Positions 40,688-51,245 of a stretch of DNA of 64,000 nt are shown piece after piece (position 1 is the first letter of the stretch; every line of letters starts with the position of its first letter). The notes under the pieces were generated by a model. It was not told the origin of the DNA and ran no database searches. It saw only the letters and a list, made by a program, of their open reading frames with translations. The translations under genes and the position numbers were made by a program. The DNA lies in NCBI GenBank assembly GCA_964016885.1, contig OZ024743.1, forward strand, positions 18,042,001 to 18,106,000, written 5' to 3'. Source of the stretch: Eledone cirrhosa (Eukaryota).

Positions 40688-43600
40688 ATTCCTTGAATCT
40701 CAGTCATTGATGTTAGTTAACTGGAAAGTCCGTTGGAATGAATATCAAGCCACTACCTGCAGCCTCAGATATTCAGGACGTATCGGAGGGTTCTTGCTGT
40801 TCCAAGCAAGCATGCCTTTTGAAGCGTTCCAAAAAGCGTAACGGGGCCGATTTTCTTTAACCATCCCTGGAAACTGTTGGAGAGAGTCCCCAGTGCGCCT
40901 ATGACAATCGGGATCACTTTGACTTCATGGCAGTTCAAAATTCTTTTCACCTCCCACTTTAGGTCCTGGTATCGGTTAATTTTCTCCCTCTCCTTCTCTT
41001 GCACTCTCGTGTCGAAAGGGCAGGCCACATCCACAATCAGACACGATCTTTTTTCTTTGTCCACAACCACCAGGTCAGGTCTATTGTGTTCCAGTTTCTT
41101 GTCCGTATGTATCCTAAAATGCCACAGCACCTTCACCTGATTGTTCTCCATCACCGCCTCTGGCCTATGCTCATACCATTTCTCAGAATGTGGTAAATTG
41201 TTTACTTTGCACAGGTGCCAGTGGATCACCCTGCCCATCACATCGTGTCTCCAGCCCTTATAATGGGTCTGGGCTAGGTGTTTACACTCAGACACAATGT
41301 GAGCCACAGTCTCCTCTCTCTCTCTTCACAGATCCTGCACAGTGGGCTAGCCTCCTCCTTGTAAATATGGTGCTTCAACCACTTCGTTTTGAGGGCCTGC
41401 TCCTGCGCAGCCATTAGCATTCCTTCTGTAGCCTTTTTGAGGTCTCCTCTTCTCAACCAGTTCCATGTCTGTGGATCTCTAAATTCAGTTTTCTCAAAGA
41501 AGGTACTATGAAGGGATTTTCCCTTAAGGCTGCTCTTCCTCCTTGATGTTATTTCCTCCTTGGACATCCCCTGGCCTACTGTCCCCTCCTTCAGTACAGT
41601 TCTGAGCATTGGCTCCTTACTATAGGTCATGTATTTTTATAGGTTGTTTTTCTCCATCTGAACACAGTCCTCTATGCTGATAAGACCTCTTCCACCCTCA
41701 GATCTCCTTAGGTAGAGTCTATCGACATCACTCCTCTTGTGGAACATGTTGTAGATAGTCAATAGCTTCCTAGTCTTCCTATCCATTTCTTTTTGTTCAG
41801 CAACATTCCATCTCAGAATTCCCGCACTGTACCTAATAATAGACACAGCTCGGGAATTTATTGCGCTTATGGCATTTCTGCTGTTCAGATGTGAATTCAA
41901 TACGCTCCTTACTATCCGAATGTATTAAGTTCTTAACAATTCCTTCATTTTTTTGTTCCTTATGCCATCAGCCTCCAGAACGCCCAAATACTTGTATCCT
42001 TCCTCAGAGTCAATTTCCTTTATCATCTCACCTGTTGGTATCTGGATCCCGTTACTTCTGCTCAACCCACCCCTCCTCATCACAATGACTCCACATTTAC
42101 TAATACCAAACTGCATACATATATCACTGCTGAAAATACGGACAGTGTCAACAAGCACATCCAACTCCTTCTCACTTTTACCGAAGAGCTTAAGATCGTC
42201 CATGAAGAGGAGGTGATTGATGGTAAGCTCTCCCTTTCCCAACTTGTATCCTGCTCTCACTTTTCGCAGCATAATGGTCAAAGGGCATCAGGGCAAGGAC
42301 AAACAACAGAGGGGACAGGCTATCTCCCTGGAAGATACCTCTCTTGATCTTCACGCTTCCCAAGGATACTCCAGTTGATGTCAACTCTGTCTCCCAGGAC
42401 CCCATACTCCTGCCCAGCAATTGTCTGATGTTATCTGCCACCCTGAAGATCTCCAGGCTTTTGGTGATCCAAGAATGAGGCACCATATCAAATGCCTTTC
42501 TGTAGTCTATCCATCCCATAGCAAGATCAGTGTGTCTCCTCCTGCAATTCCCCATTACCATATTATCAATAAGTAACTGGTCCTTTGTACCACGCGACTT
42601 CTTTCGGCATCCTTTCTGTTCGTCCGGTAACAAGTTGTTTGTGTGGAGGTGATGGTAGATTTCCTCAGACACAATGCTCGTCAACAGTTTCCACATTACG
42701 GACAGACATGTGATAGGTCTATAGTTGGTAACATCATTACCCTTGATTCGGTCTTTCATTATCAGAACTGTGGTACCTTTTGTCAACCACTCTGGCACCT
42801 CACCCGACACCAAGCAGTCATTGAACATGGCCGTCAGCTTCGGGTGGAGGGATGTTAAATGTTTAATCCAATACCCCTGCACACCATCGGGGCCTGGTGA
42901 TTTCCAGCTGGTTAGTTTTTTGGCCTGCCCCTTAAGAGTTTCAACTGTGATACTCAAATCAGTTTGTTGGTGTGCCTGCTCACCCATCTCCCTATGTACT
43001 GTCTCAATCCACCCTGCCTTGTCATTATGTCTAACATCCTGCTCCCATATTCCTCTCCAGAATGTTTTAGTTTGCTCCGCCCCAGGGATCAAGTCGTTGC
43101 CTCTTTCTTTCCCCTCAAGCTGTCCAAACAGCATCTTCAGGTTGTTGTCGAACATGCGGTTCTGTTTATACTGACTGACTCTGTTCTCGTATCGCCTGAT
43201 TTTTGCACTCTTTGCTACAATGCGTTGCTTCAGTTCCTCTATGATAATATTTAGCTTTTTCCTCCTAGTTTTGTACTTTATTTCCAGTCTATTTTCAGTG
43301 TCCCATTCATTAGGGACTCAAGCTTTCCAATGTCATTTCTCATTTCCCTGATTTGACCACTCAGTCGTTTCTTCCACCAAGGATCTGCTCTTTCCTCTCG
43401 CTTTTATACCAAGTAGTTTACTCACCGTATTTGCTGTTGCTTTGAGGATATTGTTGCACTGGTGAAGGCTCCTCGCCTCAAGGCATGGGACAACTTTGTT
43501 TACCTTAGCTGTTGTTTCTTTTAACTTTTTCCTGTCTATAAATCTTAGGTTCATAGGTCTCCCACTATCATTGTTCAATTCATCTACCACTAAATTTAGG

Positions 43601-45192
43601 ATGTCAACCGAATCTTGTCCTAGCCCGTCAGCATTCATCTCCTCAGTGGCCGTATCTCTGTGCCAGGTATTATTTATCTCAGTATTCAGATCATTGTCTG
43701 CTTCGGGTGGTTCCTCCGTTCTCAGGACCTCTTCACCTTCATTTCCCACTGGCTCGCTTGTCTGGCATACTACACCCGCCATCTCCAAGCCATTCTCTCT
43801 GCTCAGTTCCTCCAGTTCCAGCTCGCTTATCCACCCATTAGTTCTTATTACCCGAGTCTGCCCGGCCAATTTTTGTTCATCTAATTTAAATAGACCAATC
43901 TCGTTCCAGATGTTATGCATCCGTCTCCTGTAGCCCCTCTCCTTGGGGTTACTTTTCAGGTAACATTGCATAACAGTTCTATTCAATTCTTTCGTCCAGT
44001 TGGTTCTGGCCCCTTTCCTTCTTCTTCTTCCTCCAACATCAGCAGTATTTGGTTGACAGTCAGATTCCTGCTGCTGAGCCAGGGGGCACCTGTCGGGTGA
44101 GAGTCTGTCACATGACGTTCTAGTCTCCATTTCACCGTTATTCGAACTGTTTATGTTCGATATTTAAACACTCTTATCGAGGATTGGCGAATGTATGGTT
44201 ACATAGCCATCTTTGGATTCGCCGTTCCACTTGGCCCTTGTGTGGCATTATCACAACGTTGTATACGAACACACATAAACAAACAAACACACAGGCAGAA
44301 AGGGCCCCACAAATGAATAAGCATAAGTTTCATTGTAATGTAGTCTTCGAATGTCTGACTTAGCTTTTGTTTTTTTAAGTTTTAGTTTTTCCCCCCTCTT
44401 CTCTGTCCGTCCGCCTGCTTCTCTCTTCATTCTTATTTTCCTTACGTTTTTTGTTTTTTTTTGTTTTTGTTTTTCTCTGTTTGTTTTTCTCGTTTTTTGC
44501 TGTTGTTGCTGTGCTGCTTTGGTTTTGTTGTTTGTTTTTTCTTTTTTCTTTTGAGTCTATCTATATATTTTGATGCCTTCCTCTTTTTTAGTAGTAGGGA
44601 TTCTATAATGTGGTGGCAGCAGCCAGCTGGGTGAGGTGGATGACTGGCGGCGGTAGCGATACTGAGACAGTGGTGGTGGTGATGTCGATACCGAGGCAGC
44701 GGTGGTGGTGATGTGGTCGTATTACCGTAGTGATGGTGTTGTAGCGGTGGTAGCAGTGAAGGAGTGAAGGAGTGGTGGCGTCGGTGATGTGATAGTGGTG
44801 GTAATGATGGCAGTAGTGACCGGTGGTGGTGAAATTGCCGTTATCTGGCTGTTGTGTTTAGTGTACACAGGTGATGAGGTGGGTGGTGTATCTAGTTTCT
44901 GGTGTTGGTGAGTTTGGCTGGTCTATATAGTGTAGACAGAGGAGAGGAGGGGGGGGGGTCTTCTTCCATTTATAGCCATTTTCTTTTTTGGATATACAGT
45001 GTACAATACAATATTGAATATTTGAATATTTGAGCCTTATAACAATATATTTTGGGTCCGAATTTTTTGGGGCTCAAGCCGGATGCTTCACGTAGCATTT
45101 GTACTAAGAGTTGTTATTTCACAAATGATTTAAATATGTTAAAAATTCAAAACTTACGGGAGCGATTTCATGACCTCCGCCACCTCGTGCGT

Positions 45193-45220
<28 letters not shown>
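40688..45220 (-). mobile_element. R4/Dong-like family A, full length; ORF (40765-44130) with several frameshifts; leader ends in (GAA)n
   Basis: Pieces 43333-44130 (N-terminal WTKELN...CY), 42190-43155, 41925-42281, 41637-41900, 41274-41630 and 40765-41307. Confidence 0.93.
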
Positions 45221-45291
<71 letters not shown>

Positions 45292-45300
45292 GTTATTGTT
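45221..45300. repeat. (ATT)n spacer, longest in the nest
   Basis: Direct reading. Confidence 0.97.
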
Positions 45301-45792
45301 ATTCCTTGAATCTCAGTCATTGATGTTGGTTAACTGGAAAGTCCGTTGGATTGAATATCAAGCCACTACCTGCAGCCTCAGATATTCAGGACGTATCGGA
45401 GGGTTCTTGCTGTTCCAAGCAAGCATGCCTTTTGAAGCGTTCCAAAAAGCGTGAAAGGGCCGATTTTCTTTAACCATCCCTGGAAACCTTTGGAGATAGT
45501 CCCCAGTGCGCCTATGACAATCGGGATCACTTTGACTTCATGGCAGTTCCAAATCCTTTTCACCTCCCACTTTAGGTCCTGGTATCGGTCAATTTTCTCC
45601 CTCTCCTTCTCTTGCACTCTCGTGTCGAATGGGCAGGCCACATCCACAATCAGGCACGATCTTTTTTCTTTGTCCACAACCACCAGGTCAGGTCTATTGT
45701 GTTCCAGTTTTTTGTCCGTCTGTATCCTAAAATCCCACAGCACCTTCACCTGACTGTTCTCCATCACCGCCTCTGGCCTATGCTCATACCAT
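45301..45792 (-). mobile_element. R4/Dong-like family A, 5'-truncated (RLE domain only)
   Basis: ORF 45378-45767 (RPDL...DVACP...RYQDL). Confidence 0.92.
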
Positions 45793-45794
45793 TA

Positions 45795-45842
<48 letters not shown>

Positions 45843-45844
<2 letters not shown>

Positions 45845-47121
45845 TCTTTGAGTCTCAGTCATTGATGTTAGTTAACTGGAAAGTTTGTTGAGATGAATAT
45901 CAAGCCACTACCTGCAGCCTCAGATATTTAGGACGTATGGGAGGGTTCTTGCTGTTCCCAGCAAGCATGCTTTCGAAGCGTTCCAAAAAGCGTGAAGGGG
46001 CCAATTTTCTTTAACCATCCCTGGAAACTTTTTGAGATAGTCCCTAGTGCGCCTATGACAATCGGGATCACTTTGACTTCATGGCAGTTCCAAATCCTTT
46101 TTACCTCCCACTTTAAGCCCTGGTATCGGTTAATTTTCTCCCTGTCCTTCTCTTGCACTCTTGTGTTGAATGGGCAGGCCACATCCACAATCAGGCACGA
46201 TCTTTTTTCTTTGTCCAAAACCACCAGGTCAGGTCAATTGTGTTCCAGTTTCTTGTCCGTCTCTATCCTAAAATCACACAGCACCTTCACCTGATCGTTT
46301 TCTATCACCGCCTCTGGCTTAAGCTCATACCACTTCTCAGAATGTTGTAAATTGTTTACTTTGCATAGGTGCCAGTCGATCACCCTGCCCATCACATCAT
46401 GTCTCCAGCCCTTATAGTGAGTCTGGGCTAGGTGTTTACATTCGGATACAATGTGAGCTACAGTCTTCTCCTTCTCTCTCCACAGATCCTTCACAGTGGG
46501 CTAGCCTCCTCCTTGCAAATGTGGTGTTTCAAGCACTTCGTTTTTTAGGGCCTGCTCCTGCGCAGCCATTAACATTCCTTCTGTAGCCTTTTTAAGGTCT
46601 CCTCTTTTCAACCAGTTCCATGTCTGTGGATCTCTAAATTCAGTTTTCTCAAAGAAGGTACTATGAAGGGATTTTTCCTGAAGGCTGCTCTTTCTCCTTG
46701 ATGTTATTTCCTCCTTGGACATCCCCTGGCCTATTGTCCCCTCCTTCAGTACAGCTCTGAGCATTGGATCCTTACTATCAGTCACGTATTTGTGTAGGTT
46801 GTTTTTCTCCATCTGAACACAGTCCTCTATGCTGATAAGACCTCTTCCACCCTCAGATCTCCTTAAGTAGAGTCTATCGACATCACTCCTCTTGTGAAAC
46901 ATGCTGTAGATAGTCAATAGCTTCCTAGTCTTCCTATCCATTTCTTTTTGTTCAGCAACATTCCATCTCAGAATTCCCGCACTGTACCTAAATAGACACA
47001 ACTCGGGAATTTACTGCACTTATGGCATTCCTACTGTTCAGATGTGACTTTATTACGCTCCTTACTCTCCGAAGGTATTCAGTTCTTATCAATTCCTTCA
47101 TTTTTTGTTCTTGATGTCATT
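45843..47121 (-). mobile_element. R4/Dong-like family A, 5'-truncated and frameshifted
   Basis: Pieces 46501-47001, 46234-46494 and 45928-46224. Confidence 0.9.
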
Positions 47122-47157
<36 letters not shown>

Positions 47158-47297
47158 TGCATTTATCTTGCTTTATGTTCATACGAGTTATCACCAAGTC
47201 ACAACCAGTGACCTCAAGAGACAACAAGGTCCGCCATGTTCAAGAAAGAACATACATATTCACACATGCATCCTTAGTGTTTAGACTTGTGATGTAT

Positions 47298-50200
47298 TTA
47301 TATTGACAGGATCTTCCTTAGTATATGGGCAGTTGCCATTAGTACTATCTTTTGTATTTCTCCTATACGCGGGTTTCCTGGGATTTGCGATAAGTAGTCG
47401 TTAGACCCCTTAGGTATCATTCCCAGAGCGCCTACAACCACTGGTATTGTTTTAGTTCTCAATTTCCACATTTTTCCCATTTCTATCTCCAGGTCCTTAT
47501 ACTTGCTCAATTTTTCAAATGTTTTTATAGATACATTCTTGTCTATTGGAACAGACATATCAATTAGCAGGCATACCCTCCTTTGAAAGTCCTTCAATAT
47601 TATATCAGGTCTATTTGCATCTATTTTTCGGTCTGTTTGGATGCTAAAGTTCCACAAGATTGAGATGTGATCTTTTTCAAGTATGGGAGGTGGTTGATGC
47701 TGCCACCAATTCTTTTGATGGGGCAGGTCAAAATGCTTACTCATTATCCAATGTATGTATTGTGCAGCTCTGTCATACCTGTTTAGGTATTCGGTTGGAG
47801 CTATAGGACTGCACATTGAAATTATATGGTCAATGGTCTCTGGTTGTTTTTTGCATACACGGCATAATGGGCTGCACCCATTTTTTATTATGTTGGCTTG
47901 GTAATTTTTTGTTGGCAGACACTGATCTTGTGCCGATATAATCAGTCCTTCAGTCTCCGATTTCAGTCCAGATGATGCCAACCACTGATGGGTTAAAGTT
48001 TTGTCAACATCAGGATTGTTAGTTCGCTCTGGGTATTTTCCATACAGAGGCTTTTCTTGCCATTTCTTAGCCAGTTTCTGTAGCAGTTCTTTCTTTGCAG
48101 TTACTTTTACCTGCTTTGCTTTTTCTGTGTTTTCCATTTCAGCAGCAAATGGGACTTCTGAAATTTGTAGTCCATTACTGTATCTTTGTGCATCTTTTGT
48201 AATGGAATATGATCTTTTGGTGCTTTCGTGTTTCAAAACGAGTTTGATTATCCAATCATGTGATTCCCTTAGATGTGTGGATAATCCAATTGTTGCAGTT
48301 TTCAACGCAATGTCTAATTGGATTAACCCACGTCCTCCTTCTTTCCTAGGGAGATATATTCTATCCATGTCTGCCTTAGGGTGATGCATTCTGTGCATGG
48401 TTAAGCATTTTCGGATTTTTGTATCGAGCCTACGGATCTCTGTGCTTGACCAGTTGATGACATTGTAACTGTAGGTTACTACTGGTATGGCAAGCGTGTT
48501 TATGGCATCGGTCCTATTCCTTGCATTCAATTCCGTTCTTAAGATTGCTCTTACTCTGCGGTAACATTCCCTCCTTATCCTTTCCCTCATTGTCGAGTGC
48601 TTGATTCCGTCTCCTTCACAAACACCTAGATATTTGTAAGTTTTTTCTTGATCAAGCTCTCTTATCACGTTCCCCCGATCAAGATTAATGTCTGAACTCT
48701 TCAGCAGCTTTCCTCTGGTGAACGTTGCTTTGGCGCATTTATCCAGTCCAAACTCCATTTTAATGTCATCACTGAACGGCTTCACAGTGGATAATAGCCC
48801 TTGCAATTGTTCATCATTTTTTGCAAATAGTTTCAGGTCATCCATGTAGAACAGGTGATTAATGGTTTTGTCATAGACTCTATATCCATGTTTTGTTTCA
48901 TTGAGCATTCTACTTAATGGTATAAGTGCGATGCAGAATAAAAGCGGTGATAAAGAGTCACCATGAAAAATTCCACAATTAATGTTAACTTCTCCAGCTT
49001 CCAGTGATTTTGTTTCACTATTCAAAAGGAGTGTCGTTCTCCATGTCCTCATACTGAATGACAAAAACCTCCTGACAACGGGGGATATTTTGAAAATCTC
49101 TAAACATTTTTCAATCCAACTGTGTGGCAAACTATCGAATGCTTTTTTATAATCTATCCAAGCAATCGATAGATTGTTGTGTCTATTATGACAATCTTCC
49201 AGTATCATTTTTTTAACCAGAAGCTGATCCTTACAGCCATATGAGCCTCGTTTACACCCTTTCTGCTCAATGGGAAATAGGTCATTTGTTATCAGGTGGT
49301 CATATGTGTATTCAGTTAGGACTGATGTTAAAATTTTATACATTGTGGTCAAGCAGATTATCGGTCTGTAATTTTTGGGATTGTTTGTCTCATCATTCTT
49401 CGGTAGCAGGAATGTAATGCCTTTAACTAGCCATGATGGTATCTTTTCTGGCTCCTTAACTATTTCATTGTAAAGTTGGGCTAACAGCTCATGAGACTCT
49501 GTGAAGGCATTTATCCAAAAGCTTTGTATTTTGTCTTTTCCTGGGGATTTCCATTTGCTGGTTTTTCTTAGAGCCAAGCGCAACTGTTCAACTGTTATAT
49601 TTTCCAATATTTGTTCCTCAAGGTGAGCTGTATCTTTCATTTGTCTGTCTATCCATGGGGCATGTATGTTATGAACTTTTTCTTCGGCCCAGATCTTTTC
49701 CCAGAATTCTTGCACTTCCTCCTTGGGTGGTATTGATTTAGCAGTTATTGTTGACTTACCAATTTTTCTGTAGAAGTTTCTTTGGTTGTTTTTGAACATA
49801 TTATTGTCCTTATAGAATCTAGATCGTTTTTCAAAGCGCCTTATACGAGCAGCTTTAGCCGACACTTTTTGCTTGATTGTTTCTATCAGCATGTCTATGT
49901 CACATGTTGATCTTATACTGTACTTTTTTTTCAATTTTCTAAGTTTAGTTTGTTTAACATGTTCATCTACTTTATAGTTTGTTAAAATTTCTATATCAGA
50001 TCGGAGAAGGATTATTTGGCGATTGATGTTATCTTGCCAAGTAGATTTCTTGTGGGTATTCCTTTGTTTTTTCATCTTCACTCCACATAAGTGAGTGGTG
50101 ACTTTAGCCGATGCATAATAGAGATGATTTAAGTCAGTAATGTTTAGTTTGTTTGTGATGTTAATGTTTTTGAGAATTATGTTAGTCTTGTGTATTATCT

Positions 50201-50948
50201 TTTGGTTCTGTTTGGAGTTCTGGATCTTAGGGAGGGTGTCTCGTTGCCCCATGTCAGATTCTTTCATTTTCATCCATTCGATCATAATTTCATCCTTCAA
50301 GTTGGCAAGTTCATTCTCATTCATTTCTTTATCATTTACGATCTCATTATTTTCATTTGGAGTTTCATCCTGAGCATGCACTCCCTCCACTTTTTCGCTC
50401 CTTTCTTCAATTTGTTCTGTTGCCAGTGATTCCGCCCCAACCCTGGGATTCGAAGTGTTACAGTTTACCTCGTTTTCACTGACACATGCTTCATTTTCCC
50501 TTCGCTGACTTTGTGCTACTAGCTTGATCTGATCAATTTCTATATCAGTTAGTAACTTTTTTCTTACAATATTTCTTCGTATATTGGCTAGTTTGTTACT
50601 GTCAATATAGCCTCTGTTTTCGGGATGTTTCTTTTTCCAGTTGATATATGTTTGTTCTGTATTCGATGTATTTGATGGGTAGTACATGGCAGTGTAGAAA
50701 GCCTCAAGGACTTCTTTATTATCTTCCCTTGACCATTTTTCTCTCTTTTTCTTTGGATTTCTTGGTGGTGAGCATGGAGGGCCAACAGTAGGAGTATTCC
50801 GGTTATGGGAAGTCTCCAGCTCCGAAGTGATGGGAAGGTTTGAACCATTAGCTGATTTTTCGACCCCAGTCTGGTTCCTCTCTGAGGGACGCGGCCCTTT
50901 TTTACCCGGGTGACGGCCGATCCGGTATGAGATTTTATCATTTGACAT
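47298..50948 (-). CDS. 1216-aa reverse transcriptase + CCHC zinc knuckle + restriction-like endonuclease polyprotein (R4/Dong-like)
   Basis: Uninterrupted ORF: KSPGKD, NYRPI, EQKGC, WIDYKKAFD, GIFHGDSLSP, YMDD, YKYLG, CRVC...HIISMC, RPDI...LIDMSVP, KLSKYKDL. Confidence 0.93.
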   Translation of the reverse strand: MSNDKISYRIGRHPGKKGPRPSERNQTGVEKSANGSNLPITSELETSHNRNTPTVGPPCSPPRNPKKKREKWSREDNKEVLEAFYTAMYYPSNTSNTEQTYINWKKKHPENRGYIDSNKLANIRRNIVRKKLLTDIEIDQIKLVAQSQRRENEACVSENEVNCNTSNPRVGAESLATEQIEERSEKVEGVHAQDETPNENNEIVNDKEMNENELANLKDEIMIEWMKMKESDMGQRDTLPKIQNSKQNQKIIHKTNIILKNINITNKLNITDLNHLYYASAKVTTHLCGVKMKKQRNTHKKSTWQDNINRQIILLRSDIEILTNYKVDEHVKQTKLRKLKKKYSIRSTCDIDMLIETIKQKVSAKAARIRRFEKRSRFYKDNNMFKNNQRNFYRKIGKSTITAKSIPPKEEVQEFWEKIWAEEKVHNIHAPWIDRQMKDTAHLEEQILENITVEQLRLALRKTSKWKSPGKDKIQSFWINAFTESHELLAQLYNEIVKEPEKIPSWLVKGITFLLPKNDETNNPKNYRPIICLTTMYKILTSVLTEYTYDHLITNDLFPIEQKGCKRGSYGCKDQLLVKKMILEDCHNRHNNLSIAWIDYKKAFDSLPHSWIEKCLEIFKISPVVRRFLSFSMRTWRTTLLLNSETKSLEAGEVNINCGIFHGDSLSPLLFCIALIPLSRMLNETKHGYRVYDKTINHLFYMDDLKLFAKNDEQLQGLLSTVKPFSDDIKMEFGLDKCAKATFTRGKLLKSSDINLDRGNVIRELDQEKTYKYLGVCEGDGIKHSTMRERIRRECYRRVRAILRTELNARNRTDAINTLAIPVVTYSYNVINWSSTEIRRLDTKIRKCLTMHRMHHPKADMDRIYLPRKEGGRGLIQLDIALKTATIGLSTHLRESHDWIIKLVLKHESTKRSYSITKDAQRYSNGLQISEVPFAAEMENTEKAKQVKVTAKKELLQKLAKKWQEKPLYGKYPERTNNPDVDKTLTHQWLASSGLKSETEGLIISAQDQCLPTKNYQANIIKNGCSPLCRVCKKQPETIDHIISMCSPIAPTEYLNRYDRAAQYIHWIMSKHFDLPHQKNWWQHQPPPILEKDHISILWNFSIQTDRKIDANRPDIILKDFQRRVCLLIDMSVPIDKNVSIKTFEKLSKYKDLEIEMGKMWKLRTKTIPVVVGALGMIPKGSNDYLSQIPGNPRIGEIQKIVLMATAHILRKILSI

Positions 50949-51188
50949 TTACTTTATTTTGTCGCGTTTTATCCTTATCCGCCAAGGGGTAATCATTTCG
51001 TGTTACCACTTCTAGAACGAGTGTCAACCAAGACTAGAGGGGTCGTTCTCCCCTAGAGACATGGCTATTCCCCGCCGGCCGCCATCCCGGTATTTCTTGG
51101 TCACGGGGTTTTCTTTTTGTTGTTTTTTTTAAATTGTTATTATCATGAGTGGTTCATTAATGTGAGCATTGCGTGGCTTAAGAATGAA

Positions 51189-51245
51189 ATTATTAATAAT
51201 TGTCTCCACTCCAGGCACAAGGCCAGCAATCACCCAGTGCATTAC
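51189..51245 (-). mobile_element. SINE 3'-tail fragment
   Basis: Minus strand gtaatgcactgggtgattgctggccttgtgcctggagtggagacaattatt matches the SINE tail. Confidence 0.75.

Larger units (their letters stand above)
28860..43105. repeat. Two-copy tandem duplication, unit ~7.12 kb (~28860-35985 and ~35985-43105)
   Basis: Identical or near-identical ORFs recur at offsets of 7114-7120 (29676/36796, 31324/38444, 33650/40765, 34809/41925). Confidence 0.9.

Noticed and set aside
45052-45454. Poly-Leu/poly-Ile ORFs resembling signal or transmembrane peptides
   Set aside because: They are translations of the (CTT)n/(ATT)n spacers.
47298-50948. Bacterial retron, group II intron or DGR reverse transcriptase
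   Set aside because: C-terminal CCHC plus RLE, 5' truncations and eukaryotic context indicate a non-LTR retrotransposon.
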